The notes beneath the pieces are model-generated. The model saw only the letters and a list, made by a program, of their open reading frames with translations. It did not search any database and was not told the origin of the DNA. A stretch of DNA of 64,000 bases. It comes from Candidatus Poribacteria bacterium. Its GTDB lineage: Bacteria > Poribacteria > WGA-4E > WGA-3G. The DNA lies in the NCBI GenBank assembly GCA_965242965.1, contig OZ251518.1, positions 3,616,001-3,680,000 on the forward strand, read 5' to 3'. This document shows positions 42,080 through 52,129 of this stretch, piece by piece. Every line of letters begins with the position of its first letter. Position 1 is the first letter of the stretch. Made by a program: the position numbers and the translations under genes.

Positions 42080-43198
42080 TTATGATAGTTTTTGCAACCG
42101 TTCCGGCCGATACGGCGCGAACAAATCCACTCGCGCGCCCTCGGCAATCTCTAACGCCGCCATCTCTCCCACCAAAGGTGCTAACGTCACGCCGCTGTGC
42201 ATCAAGGTAATATACAAATTCGGCACCGCTGACGTAAATCCAAGCACTGGAAACCCATCTAGCGGCATTGGACGATAGCCAACCGGGGTAGCGATTGCTG
42301 TCGCATCCCCTATTTCGGGCAAATAGGTTTTGGCGCGAGCGAGGAGCGCGTCAGCATGCCGTTGCGAAGCGTCGCGATTTATTCCCTCTTGTGTGCCCTG
42401 CCCAATCCTGAGACTGCCATCGGCGAGTTGCCGTAGATGGAGATGCTGATGCACATCATCGTTCGGAGGTGCGTGAATAACGGCGACGTTGTGGAGAACC
42501 TCGGCGCAAGGCGTTGTCTTAATCACAATCCCCGGACTCCGTTGCTGTGGAATAGAGACATCTACAAGCGATGCCAATTCAGTAGTTTGAACGCCACTGG
42601 CTAAAACGGCGACATCGCATGGGAATTCAGCGTCTGCTGCTTTCACGGCAGTGATGCATCCGTTGCGTTTGACAAAGCCGGTGACTGTCGTGTGCGGATG
42701 CACAACTACGTGCCGAAGGCAGGCATCAATGAATATGTCTGTCTCTACGTGCAGTTCAGCCTCGGAAAGGGAGGCGGCTAGCACGGGGCCGGGGGAGAGA
42801 TGCGGTTCCAGTGCCTGCATCTCCTCACGCGAGATAAGTCGGCACGGATACCCCCAATTTTGGAGTTGTCGGATGCGTTGCTTCAGACGTTCGGCATGCC
42901 CAGGTAGGTTTTCCCACCGCATCTCGCCGCCGGGACGCAAGCCGATATCGGTATTGAGTTGATGCGCGAGCCGGTACCACATATCCAGCGAACGCCGATT
43001 GAGCGAGTGGTAATGCCCCGGGTCCTTCCCGAAAGCGTTCACCCAGGCGAAAGAGTGTTCGGATGCGCCCCTGCCCGGCACGTCGCGTTCCAGCACTGTC
43101 ACGGAAATATGTGCGCGCCGTGATAGATGATAGGCAAGCGAGGCACCGATGATGCCCGCGCCAATGATGATAACGCGGAGAGATGGATTTGAGGCCAT
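42080..43198 (-). CDS. FAD-dependent oxidoreductase (DAO/glycine oxidase family)
   Basis: IIGAGIIG, ASEHSFAW, RPMPLDG and HSGVTLAP motifs. Confidence 0.9.
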   Translation of the reverse strand: MASNPSLRVIIIGAGIIGASLAYHLSRRAHISVTVLERDVPGRGASEHSFAWVNAFGKDPGHYHSLNRRSLDMWYRLAHQLNTDIGLRPGGEMRWENLPGHAERLKQRIRQLQNWGYPCRLISREEMQALEPHLSPGPVLAASLSEAELHVETDIFIDACLRHVVVHPHTTVTGFVKRNGCITAVKAADAEFPCDVAVLASGVQTTELASLVDVSIPQQRSPGIVIKTTPCAEVLHNVAVIHAPPNDDVHQHLHLRQLADGSLRIGQGTQEGINRDASQRHADALLARAKTYLPEIGDATAIATPVGYRPMPLDGFPVLGFTSAVPNLYITLMHSGVTLAPLVGEMAALEIAEGARVDLFAPYRPERLQKLS

Positions 43199-43253
43199 AG
43201 CAGCATAACTTGGCAGGCGCGCTTTCACATCGCGCCTACCGGAAAGATTGGCA

Positions 43254-43883
43254 CTAGCGGTGTGCAACGACAATAAACCCAGTTAATCCGGCAAGCAACA
43301 GATGGAAGCCGGTTTGATAAAACAGCATCAGAAACGGTTGACACAGGGAGACGAGGCCGAGCGCGATGAGTCCGATGGAGATGCGTTCACACACCGTCGG
43401 CCGCGCAGCGACAATTGAGAAGAGGGTTATCCCCGGCAGTAGCAAATGGAGCGCGGTACCGTTGAGACTCGGAACGAAGCGTTGATAGAGAAACGCAATG
43501 CCGATAACGGTGCAGAGTGCGGCAGTGACGGTAGTCCATCGCTTCGCCGAAGTTGTCATGCCAAACGCGATTGCCCCGGCAAAAAGGAGATGAAACGCTG
43601 AACCGCGCAGGGATGCCAATCCAGGAAGATAGAGGAACGCCAGTCCAATGAGCAAGCAGAGTCCTGCGCCGATTTCAACCCGCCGTTTGTTCGCGAAAGC
43701 GATGCCGCCGAGAATTGCGGCGATGCTCAGCAGCACCAGTGCTATGCCTTTCAGCAGCGTTCCTCCGCGATAGAGGAAGACAAGTCCGAGTCCAAGAAAT
43801 CCGATTGCGAGGAGTTGATTTCGTTTCGTTTTTGCCATCTGTGTCAACTGTGTTAACTGTGTCAACTGAGTCATCTGAATCAT
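43254..43883 (-). CDS. Integral membrane hypothetical protein; start may be 43838
   Basis: Multiple TM helices; 9-bp tandem repeat at the 5' end. Confidence 0.65.
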   Translation of the reverse strand: MIQMTQLTQLTQLTQMAKTKRNQLLAIGFLGLGLVFLYRGGTLLKGIALVLLSIAAILGGIAFANKRRVEIGAGLCLLIGLAFLYLPGLASLRGSAFHLLFAGAIAFGMTTSAKRWTTVTAALCTVIGIAFLYQRFVPSLNGTALHLLLPGITLFSIVAARPTVCERISIGLIALGLVSLCQPFLMLFYQTGFHLLLAGLTGFIVVAHR

Positions 43884-43907
43884 CGCGATGTCTCAAAACC
43901 GGGCGCG

Positions 43908-44396
43908 CTAATTACGCCCTGGGAACAGACGTTTCACCCACGTCGTCTCTTTCTCCTTTAGCTGGAGTGTCAAGTCTTCAACCTGTGCGTAGAGGTTTTG
44001 GTTTTCCTTAACCTTCGCGATGAGCTCGTCGTTCTCTGCGTCCAGCGCATCGACTGTCTCCCGGAGGTGCTGATTTTCGCCGCGCAACGCCTGATTTTCC
44101 TCTTCCAAGTGCGCGTTTATATCGGTGATATGCGTGAGATGCACCACCTGACAGATGAGATTCTCGATGATGTCATCTGTCGGCATGTTGTAAGAGAGTT
44201 TCTTAATCAACGGCGCGAGTCCATCGATGCGGAGTTGCAGTTGTGGCAGTGTCGTGCCGTTTGCCTCGGCGCGCACGGAGACGACACGCAGATACGGTTC
44301 AATATCCGCGTCCCGACGTTCCAGTGTGTTTTTGATGATTTCTTCCTCAACGCCTATGGTTTCGGAGACGTTGGAGAGCGGCATGTAAAATTCCAT
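43908..44396 (-). CDS. Coiled-coil hypothetical protein
   Basis: Heptad pattern LEEENQALRGENQHLRE; contiguous in operon. Confidence 0.7.
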   Translation of the reverse strand: MEFYMPLSNVSETIGVEEEIIKNTLERRDADIEPYLRVVSVRAEANGTTLPQLQLRIDGLAPLIKKLSYNMPTDDIIENLICQVVHLTHITDINAHLEEENQALRGENQHLRETVDALDAENDELIAKVKENQNLYAQVEDLTLQLKEKETTWVKRLFPGRN

Positions 44397-44407
44397 TCCA
44401 GATTTTC

Positions 44408-45025
44408 CTAGGTTTGCCGCCGAGCGGCTTTTAATTCGCGGAACATGTGCCGTGCGTAACTCACCGTCGAGATAACGACAAACACTAGCGCGACGCAGAG
44501 ACTATAGAATTCAACCTTCGCCGGCAGCTGCGGCAAGATGGGCCGGAGAAGATAGAACATCAGCGCAATAGAGAGCGCGAAACTGGTGCATTTTCCCCAG
44601 AGGTTTGAGCGGGTAATCATCTTCGCCTTGTATGCCAGCACCCCGTTGCCGAGCACAATGGCGACATCACGGACGACAATGACGACGAACGCCCAATTCG
44701 GGAAATTCGTGCTTGATAAAACGAGCGCGAACAACGCCGCGCCGATAGCCAGTTTGTCTGCAACCGGATCCAAGATGTAGCCGAGTTCCGTGTGTTGATT
44801 AAAACGCCGGGCAAAAAACCCATCCAAAAGATCGGAGATGACAGCAACCGCACCACACGCAGACGCAAACTTCCATTGCGAGCGATAAATAAAATAGAAG
44901 AGAAAAGGTGTCAGCAACAGCCGGAAAGCAGATAGCAGATTGCTGACATAGAAAAAATCCCGCCGTGAAATGCGAATCGCCCGGGTTTCAGTAAATTGGT
45001 GAACAGGAGCCTTGAGGGTTGCCAT
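44408..45025 (-). CDS. CDP-alcohol phosphatidyltransferase (PgsA-like)
   Basis: DLLDGFFAR...G..LDPVADK motif. Confidence 0.9.
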   Translation of the reverse strand: MATLKAPVHQFTETRAIRISRRDFFYVSNLLSAFRLLLTPFLFYFIYRSQWKFASACGAVAVISDLLDGFFARRFNQHTELGYILDPVADKLAIGAALFALVLSSTNFPNWAFVVIVVRDVAIVLGNGVLAYKAKMITRSNLWGKCTSFALSIALMFYLLRPILPQLPAKVEFYSLCVALVFVVISTVSYARHMFRELKAARRQT

Positions 45026-45029
45026 ACGA

Positions 45030-45686
45030 TTAATTATTGCGTGCCATTAACCGGAAGGATAGCCGCCGGTTCTCGTCTTTGAGAATGGCGATTTCGCGCG
45101 TGAGGAGCTCCTCTAATCGGACAGTCTCCAACAACACTTGTCTTTCCTCAAGCGAGATGCGGAGCCGCGTCCCGATTTGATAGGCGAGTTCCAAGGGATG
45201 TTCTGGGTTTTCCTCTGTCGGCTGCCATGCAAACATCAGGCGGCTGGATAAGTGCTCATAAGTTTGATAGAGCACCGCGATTTCTTCCGCGAGGGATTCT
45301 ACCTCCGGTTCAACTTCCAACGCGAATTCATCGTCTAACAGCCGCACCTGCGCGACGAGATAGGGGAGCTCATCCTGAACGTCAAGAATTTCAAAGCGAT
45401 ATTCCCCTGCCGTCACGATGTTCATGCGGCCGTCGGGCAAATGCTGGACATCCAGTATCCGCGTGGCGGTGCCGACGCGATAGGACTTCACCGGTTCACC
45501 CGTCTCTGCACCCCCGTTTATCAAAACAACCCCGAACTCGGAGTCGGTGTCCAAACAGTGTGTCACCATCTCGCGATACCGCGGTTCAAAGATATGAAGA
45601 GGTAACACGCCACCGGGAAACAGGACTACCTGCAGCGGGAACAGCGGAATCTCTCGTTCATAAGGTGTCAATGAATCTGTCTGCAT
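45030..45686 (-). CDS. LON peptidase substrate-binding domain protein
   Basis: PLFPL..VLFPG..LPLHIFEPRY motif. Confidence 0.9.
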   Translation of the reverse strand: MQTDSLTPYEREIPLFPLQVVLFPGGVLPLHIFEPRYREMVTHCLDTDSEFGVVLINGGAETGEPVKSYRVGTATRILDVQHLPDGRMNIVTAGEYRFEILDVQDELPYLVAQVRLLDDEFALEVEPEVESLAEEIAVLYQTYEHLSSRLMFAWQPTEENPEHPLELAYQIGTRLRISLEERQVLLETVRLEELLTREIAILKDENRRLSFRLMARNN

Positions 45687-45802
45687 GTGAAACGCTACTT
45701 CCTCATCATGGCTAATAGCTCGCTAACTTTTCTGTGATTTCTCACAAGTTTTTAATTATTTTGACATAAAACCTTAAATTTGTCAAGTTTTTTTAATTAT
45801 TT

Positions 45803-46531
45803 GAGGGTGTTTCATAATTCCGTTTCGGTATTTATCCTGCCTTGGCGGGCAGGCGAATACCGGCAGGCATTGGGCCCACCTCTGTAGTTCGGGAGCGCCT
45901 GCTCCCGAACGGGTCAAGATCAGGCGATCTTGACCTACAGGAGTGAGGCGGTCTGCCACCAAAACGCATGGCGAGGGACAGGCCCTCGCCCTACGGTGAA
46001 AAGGAGGGTTCTCCGCCCGTAGCGCGGGGGCCTGTCCCCCGCGTTGGTCATCGTCAAGTTATGTTTTAGGTCCTTTAGGTCCTTAATGTCTATAGCAGCA
46101 CGTGTCGTACCGTTTTCAAGGTCCTTTAGGTCCTTAATAAAAACACGCGCGGCCCTGGCAAAATCTATTAAGGACCTAAAGGACCTTAGCGTTCTTCATG
46201 GATGCGCGGGCTATAGACATTAAGGTCCTACGGACCTAAGAGAACAAGAGACATTTTTTTTTGCGTAGCGCGAGGCATGGCGAGGGGAACCCTCTCGCAT
46301 GCGCGTGTGGCATCCGAGGGCCCTCGCCCTACGGTGAAGTGCCGTTTTTCCCCGTAGCGCGGGGGCCTGTCCCCCGCGATTGTTGGAGTGCGCGGACGAT
46401 GGCGAGGGAAACCCGCTCGGATGCGCGTGTGGCATCCGAGGGCCCCCGCCCTACGTGAAGGGGGGGGCGTTTTTTCATCGTAGCGCGGGGGACAGGCCCC
46501 CGCGCCGTTGAGCGATTTATGAAACACCCTC
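45803..46531. mobile_element. MITE-like element (type-1 end plus type-2 end) with C, A, E and F REP cargo
   Basis: TIRs at both ends; no clean TSD seen. Confidence 0.75.
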
Positions 46532-46652
46532 AAGTAAGTCTACCTTATTTTCTGAAAAAAAGCAAATTGAATCGTGCTGATTTTTCTCTTGATTTTCTTC
46601 GCGAAACATGCGATACTATCTGTCAAGACGCTATAAACGGAGGAGAAAACCC

Positions 46653-47129
46653 GTGAATGCAATCAACCTAGGAAACGCGTTAGCAAAATCGAAGGACATC
46701 GCGCTTGAATTGCTTACCAGTGCCCTCTCCCGAACGCGGGTGGAACCGATAGGAACCACAGGCGTGAAAGCACACTGGACAGGCGAACCCGGCGCAAACC
46801 GCGTCGCGGTAAGCGGCCGCGCCGGCAACGTTGATATTGAACTAGATGGCCCCCACGCGCCCACCGTCGAATATGTTGAACAGGGAGAAAAACGCATCGT
46901 CGCCTTCAAGAATCTGAAGGATATCTCCTGCGAACTTGACCCGGGGACGCTGGACAAGATTGCCACACCGAAAGGCGCGGCAATTGCGGCATGCGCAGGC
47001 GCAGCTGTCGGATTATTCGGATGGTTCCTCATCTCGGTGCTGCGTTCAGTTTCCATAGCTGCGACAGACACAGACGATGCTGCGGCACCTGCCATCGCCT
47101 CAGAAGCAGAAAGCACCGACGAACCTTAA
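46653..47129 (+). CDS. Hypothetical protein with a C-terminal TM helix
   Basis: GGAGG RBS before a GTG start. Confidence 0.6.
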   Translation: MNAINLGNALAKSKDIALELLTSALSRTRVEPIGTTGVKAHWTGEPGANRVAVSGRAGNVDIELDGPHAPTVEYVEQGEKRIVAFKNLKDISCELDPGTLDKIATPKGAAIAACAGAAVGLFGWFLISVLRSVSIAATDTDDAAAPAIASEAESTDEP

Positions 47130-47137
47130 CGAAAACG

Positions 47138-48334
47138 ATGAAAATTATCGCCATTGATGCGTTCTATTTGCGGATGCCTGACATCACGGATGCCGCGGAT
47201 GGAACGCAAGATACGCTGCTTATCCGCGTCCGCACCGATGCCGGTTTGGAAGGCTGGGGTGAATGTGATGCGTCGCCGCTTGTCTCCATTGCCGTTTATT
47301 GTTGCCCGATGTCGCACGGGAATATCATCAACATCCGCGAATCGCTGATAGGCGAAACGTTGGAGAGTCCTGACGATGTGCTTCGGCTTCACGAAAAGGT
47401 GATGCGGAACGCGTTGGACATCCAACACATCCAACACGCCTATAGCGGCGCGGACATCGCCTTGTGGGATATCATCGGACAGAAAGTAGGCAAACCTATC
47501 TACCGTTTGCTCGCCGAGATGTCCGGCACTTCCGACACCGCGCACGCCAAAATTCCTTATGCATCAGTGCTTTTTGGCGATACACCGGAGGATACCTATC
47601 GTATCGCCGGAGGATTACGCGAACAGGGATATCGCGCAGCGAAATTCGGATGGGGGCCGATGGGGAAATTCGGCGAGGCAAACGACATCGCACTGGTGCG
47701 CGCAGCGCGCGAAGGAATGGGAGAAACGGCGCAAGTCATGCTTGACGCGGGAGTCGCCTGGGGACACGATGACGCGACTGCCTATGCACGCGCCGAAGCG
47801 TTCGCGCAATTTAATCCGACGTGGTTAGAGGAACCCCTCGCACCGGATGCGATTGCAGCGTATGGCGCGCTCGCGCAACGAAAACCGCCTGTCCCGATTG
47901 CCGCAGGCGAAGGCTCAAGCACATACCGAATGGCGGAAGACCTGGTTGTGCATGGCGGGGTTCAATTCGTGCAGATTGATGTCGGGCGTATCGGCGGCAT
48001 TACAACCGCTTTTCGCGTCCGGCAACTCGCGGAAAAAGAGGGGATTCAGTATGTCAACCACACGTTCAAAAGCCACTTGAGTCTCGCCGCATCTTTGCAT
48101 GTTTTCGCGACGAACGCCGATTTTGCGCTGCTAGAATATCCGGCGGCCGGTTCGGCATTATCCCAGCAGTTAACGACAGAACCGTTGCGCATTGCGTCTG
48201 ATAAGTTGGTGCGCGTGAAAGATGCCCCAGGGCTCGGCATGCGCGTGAACCTTGAAACGCTGCGTAGGTATGCCGCACCAGTGCGAATTCAGGTGGGAGA
48301 GGCGACGGTTTTTGAGTCATCATCTTTGGCGTAA
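47138..48334 (+). CDS. Mandelate racemase/muconate lactonizing enzyme family protein
   Basis: GWGE, DIALWD, MLDAG, WLEEP and AAGE motifs. Confidence 0.9.
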   Translation: MKIIAIDAFYLRMPDITDAADGTQDTLLIRVRTDAGLEGWGECDASPLVSIAVYCCPMSHGNIINIRESLIGETLESPDDVLRLHEKVMRNALDIQHIQHAYSGADIALWDIIGQKVGKPIYRLLAEMSGTSDTAHAKIPYASVLFGDTPEDTYRIAGGLREQGYRAAKFGWGPMGKFGEANDIALVRAAREGMGETAQVMLDAGVAWGHDDATAYARAEAFAQFNPTWLEEPLAPDAIAAYGALAQRKPPVPIAAGEGSSTYRMAEDLVVHGGVQFVQIDVGRIGGITTAFRVRQLAEKEGIQYVNHTFKSHLSLAASLHVFATNADFALLEYPAAGSALSQQLTTEPLRIASDKLVRVKDAPGLGMRVNLETLRRYAAPVRIQVGEATVFESSSLA

Positions 48335-48463
48335 AGGTGTCGCGATTTTTACGCTCCGCCGGTGATTCACTCTAACCGTTTCCAAAATGGCTTCTTTGTC
48401 GTAAACGCAATTGCCTAATGCACATTTCACTGAGGCATTCTGGCTTGTTAGGCACATTTATTT

Positions 48464-48720
48464 GAGGATGTTTCATAAATTGCTCAACGTCGCGGGGGAC
48501 AGGCCCCCGCGCTACGATGAAAAAAACGCTTTCCCTTCACGTAGGGCGAGGGCCTGTCCCTCGCCGTGCGTCTGGCTGTCAGACCGCATCCCTCCCTGTA
48601 GTTCAGGATCGCCTGATCCTGATCCGTTCGGGAGCGGGCGCTCCCGAACTACAGAGGTAGGCCCAATGCCTGCCGGTAGGAGATGCCCATTGGGAAGGCA
48701 TTGATATATGAAACACCCTC
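48464..48720. mobile_element. MITE-like element with REP cargo
   Basis: GAGGATGTTTCATA / TATGAAACACCCTC; ATTTATTT on both flanks. Confidence 0.8.
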
Positions 48721-48737
48721 ATTTATTTAACAAGTCT

Positions 48738-50192
48738 CTAGTCCCCAAATGCACCCGCCACCAAGACAAGATCTCGGATGTTTACCACGCCATCGCCATT
48801 CACGTCAGCACTATTTTTGCCAGTCTTTCCGAACTGAGCGGAAACCAACACCAAATCCTGAATGTTGATAACCCCATCGCCGTTTATATCTTCCGCGCGT
48901 CTCGCTGGCTGCGCGGTAGCCGTAAAACGCAGCGGCTGTGGAATACCATCGACAGTTACGAGGACTTCATTGAGCCCCGGATTCGTCCCTAGCGTCAAGA
49001 TGACTTCGGCGCGCCCTTTTGCATCGGTTATGGCAGTTGTGGCACTCAGGCTGCCGCCGCCGCTAGCAACGGCAAACCGCAAAGGCACACCTTCAAACGC
49101 CTGCGCTGGGGTGTCGCCATCTTTTATCTCCACGACAAGTGCATGCGGCAGCGTCGCGCCGGAGATTGCTTGCTGGTTATCCCCCGCGACTTTCAGCAAC
49201 TTCGTTGGTATGCGAGGGGTAAACGTTAACTTCGCAACGCCCCTGGCTTGGAGGACAGGAATGTGCGTGTAAATGGAGCGGTAATTCAGGGGATTATTGG
49301 CCAATAAAACCTCATCTCCTGCACCCACGCCGGTATTTTCTACAAGCGGCGAGATGTCGACAATAGCGTTGCCATCAAGTTCTAGCCTTGACAACTCCGT
49401 TAGTCCTGACACCGCTGAGATGTCAGTGATAGCGTTGCCATCAAGTTCTAACCATGACAAGGCTGTGAGTTCCGCTAGCGCAGAGATGTCTGAGATGCGA
49501 TTCTCCCATAACAGCAGGGTTGTCAAGTTTGTGAGTGCTGCTAGCGCGGAGATATTTTCTATCGCGTTGCGATAAAGATACAACCCTGTCAGGTTTGTGA
49601 GTGCTGCCAGCGCGGAGATGTCTTCTATCGCGTTATCGGCAAGATGGAGCACTTCCAATTTGGTTAATTGAGACACCGCGGAGATGTCAACGATGGCATT
49701 ATCTCCGAGCCCGAGTGCTGTCAGGTTTGTGAGTGTTGCCAGCGCGGAGATGTCCGCAACCGCGTTTGACTCAAGCACCAGCACCCTCAGATTCTGCAGT
49801 CCCGCCAGAGGCGAGATATCCACGATTCTGTTTTTGGTAAGCCGGAGTTCCGTTAGTTTCGTGAGTGCTGCCAGCGCGGAGATATCCGCAACCGCGTTTG
49901 ACTCAAGCACCAACCTCTCCAGATTCGTCGCCTTCTCCAAGCCGGTGAGGCTGTGAATGTTCCTACCTGACAAGTTGAGGTTATTTATCCATATCATCTC
50001 CGCCTCGGTTATCTGTTCGCCGGCGTTTTTGCCGAGTGCTTCCTCAATTGCGGCGCGGAGATTCCGGTCTGGGATATTCACTGCCTTTCCCTGAGCGAAA
50101 GTTAAAGCCGCAACACAGAGGGTAAGACTAGCGATTAAGCATAAGACAAAAAACTTCGTCATGAAATTATCAAGTCCTTTGGTTTCCATCAT
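48738..50192 (-). CDS. Secreted leucine-rich-repeat protein with an Ig-like domain and a C-terminal dockerin-type repeat
   Basis: Internalin-like 22-aa LRRs, GDNQ...TD..GRA, and DINGDGVINIQDLVLV x2. Confidence 0.9.
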   Translation of the reverse strand: MMETKGLDNFMTKFFVLCLIASLTLCVAALTFAQGKAVNIPDRNLRAAIEEALGKNAGEQITEAEMIWINNLNLSGRNIHSLTGLEKATNLERLVLESNAVADISALAALTKLTELRLTKNRIVDISPLAGLQNLRVLVLESNAVADISALATLTNLTALGLGDNAIVDISAVSQLTKLEVLHLADNAIEDISALAALTNLTGLYLYRNAIENISALAALTNLTTLLLWENRISDISALAELTALSWLELDGNAITDISAVSGLTELSRLELDGNAIVDISPLVENTGVGAGDEVLLANNPLNYRSIYTHIPVLQARGVAKLTFTPRIPTKLLKVAGDNQQAISGATLPHALVVEIKDGDTPAQAFEGVPLRFAVASGGGSLSATTAITDAKGRAEVILTLGTNPGLNEVLVTVDGIPQPLRFTATAQPARRAEDINGDGVINIQDLVLVSAQFGKTGKNSADVNGDGVVNIRDLVLVAGAFGD

Positions 50193-50230
50193 TCTCCTCC
50201 CTAAAAAATCAATAGATAACTCTTTAAATT

Positions 50231-50731
50231 GAGGGTGTTTCACAAATCGCTCAACGTCGCGGGGACAGGCCCCGCGCTGCGGTGAAAAAACGCCGCCCCT
50301 TCACGTAGGGCTTGGGCCCTCGCATGCCACACGCGCATGCGAGAGGTTCCCTTCGCCATGCCTCGGTCGCAGAAACGGCCTTGGCCGGCGGGTGGTTTTC
50401 GCGCGGGTTGACGATCGCGGGGGACAGGCCCCCGCGCTACGGTTAAGACTGATGCCTTCTACCGTAGGGCGAGGGCCTGTCCCTCGCCATGCGTTTTGCT
50501 GTCAGACCGCATCCCCTTGTAGATCAAGATCGCCTGATCCTGATCCGTTCGGGAGCGGGCGCTCCCGAACTACGGAGGTGGGCCCGATGCCTTCCGGTAG
50601 GAGATGCCCAACACTCTAGTTTGTGAGCACCTAACGTCTGGCAGCATCAAGACGAGGAGGGCTCTCCTACCGAAAAGAAATCGAGACCAGGAGGTCTCTC
50701 CTACGGGGAAGCCATCGAGTTATGAAACCTC
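50231..50731. mobile_element. MITE-like element with REP cargo and a perfect 9-bp TSD
   Basis: CTTTAAATT at 50222-50230 and 50732-50740; right TIR has a 3-bp deletion. Confidence 0.85.
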
Positions 50732-50902
50732 CTTTAAATTCAGTTAACGCGGATGCGGATTTTCGATGCCGATGCTTTTGCCTCAATCGGGCCACGGCGA
50801 GGGACAGGCCCTCGCCCTACGGAACACAGGCAAGCGCGCGCGCGCCGAATGCGCCGAAAACAGGCACTCGCCCGACAGAACACAGGCAATCTTCAGGAAT
50901 AC

Positions 50903-51967
50903 CTAAAACTCCCCAGAAACAGAAATCCGCTGTGAACCGCCGAGGGTGTGCGTATTGAACGCATAATCAACGAAGAACGCCATCGTATTCACCTTCACGC
51001 GCAATCCCGCGCCGACAGAAAGTCCCTTCCCATTCCAACCGCCGCGCAAGGCAAGCGTGTTAAAAAACCAATACTCCGCACCCGCACGAAGAAGCATCCC
51101 ACCTGCGGAGGTCGCGCCTTCCCCCAGGTCTGCCTGCCCAGTCTCGACATCCGCGCCGATACTCCCTCTGCCGAGACGCGGCACGCTAAAGTGATACGCC
51201 GCGCCGAATCGGAGCCGCCGCCCGCGGGTAAATGTCGGTTCGTCTGGCGTATCCCACGTGACTTGTGTGCCTGTCGCATCCAGCAGCAGCGCACCGAGGC
51301 GAAGTCCCTCATAAGGTTCAACGATGACACCGATATCCACACCGAACCCGCGCCCGGTATTCTCAAAAATTGCCTGATTGAGCAGTTTTAAGTTCCCACC
51401 GATAGCCGCTATCCGATGAAGCTGGCGCGCATAGGAGATGAGGATGGCAGTATCGGTGTTGCTGAAATACTCGGCGACTTCGGGCCGGTCGATGTAAGGT
51501 TCGCCATCTTCCTTGATGCCGTTGCCGTTTTTGTCCTGAAAATCGCCCAAGATGCCGTTGTTGTTGGTATCCAAGAACGTCGTGCGCGGAATATCGTCAA
51601 CGCCGAGGCGCAGCCAACTCACACCGACGCTGCCGATATCTTCGATTTGGTAGACATAGTTCACGAAATTGTAGTTCACCAAGCCGCGGCTCAGCCAACT
51701 CCCCTCTCCCGAACTAAACGTATCGGCATACATCGCCGAAAAACTGTGTGTTTTGACTTGCGTCAACCCGGCAGGATTCCAATAGGTAGCGGTGGCATCA
51801 TCAGCGATAGCGACGAACGCGCTCCCCATGCCTAAGGCGCGCGCGCCGACTCCGTGACTGAGGAATTCGGCGGCGTGGCTGCCTTCATCAGCGGCGACAA
51901 GTGGCACGAGAAGAACGAGGAGAAGGACGGTTTGTGCGAAAAAGTAGGTTTTTGTTAATGTCAGCAT
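50903..51967 (-). CDS. PorV/PorQ-like outer-membrane beta-barrel protein
   Basis: GARALGMGSAFVA.ADDATATYWNPAGL; terminal Phe. Confidence 0.8.
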   Translation of the reverse strand: MLTLTKTYFFAQTVLLLVLLVPLVAADEGSHAAEFLSHGVGARALGMGSAFVAIADDATATYWNPAGLTQVKTHSFSAMYADTFSSGEGSWLSRGLVNYNFVNYVYQIEDIGSVGVSWLRLGVDDIPRTTFLDTNNNGILGDFQDKNGNGIKEDGEPYIDRPEVAEYFSNTDTAILISYARQLHRIAAIGGNLKLLNQAIFENTGRGFGVDIGVIVEPYEGLRLGALLLDATGTQVTWDTPDEPTFTRGRRLRFGAAYHFSVPRLGRGSIGADVETGQADLGEGATSAGGMLLRAGAEYWFFNTLALRGGWNGKGLSVGAGLRVKVNTMAFFVDYAFNTHTLGGSQRISVSGEF

Positions 51968-52129
51968 CGTTTTTGTATCGTAACGTGAGTTTTTTGTTTA
52001 TCCAAGCATGGCGAGGGACAGGCCCTCGCCCTACGAATAAAATATGAATAAAATAAATTGCAGAAAACCGCGTCGGTGTTTGAGCATTTTACTCGTTTTA
52101 CGAATAAAATACGGATAAAATGGGGTAGT

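Noticed and set aside
49300-49930. 66-bp DNA repeats as a possible DGR or array
   Set aside because: They are the coding LRR units, and no reverse transcriptase is present.
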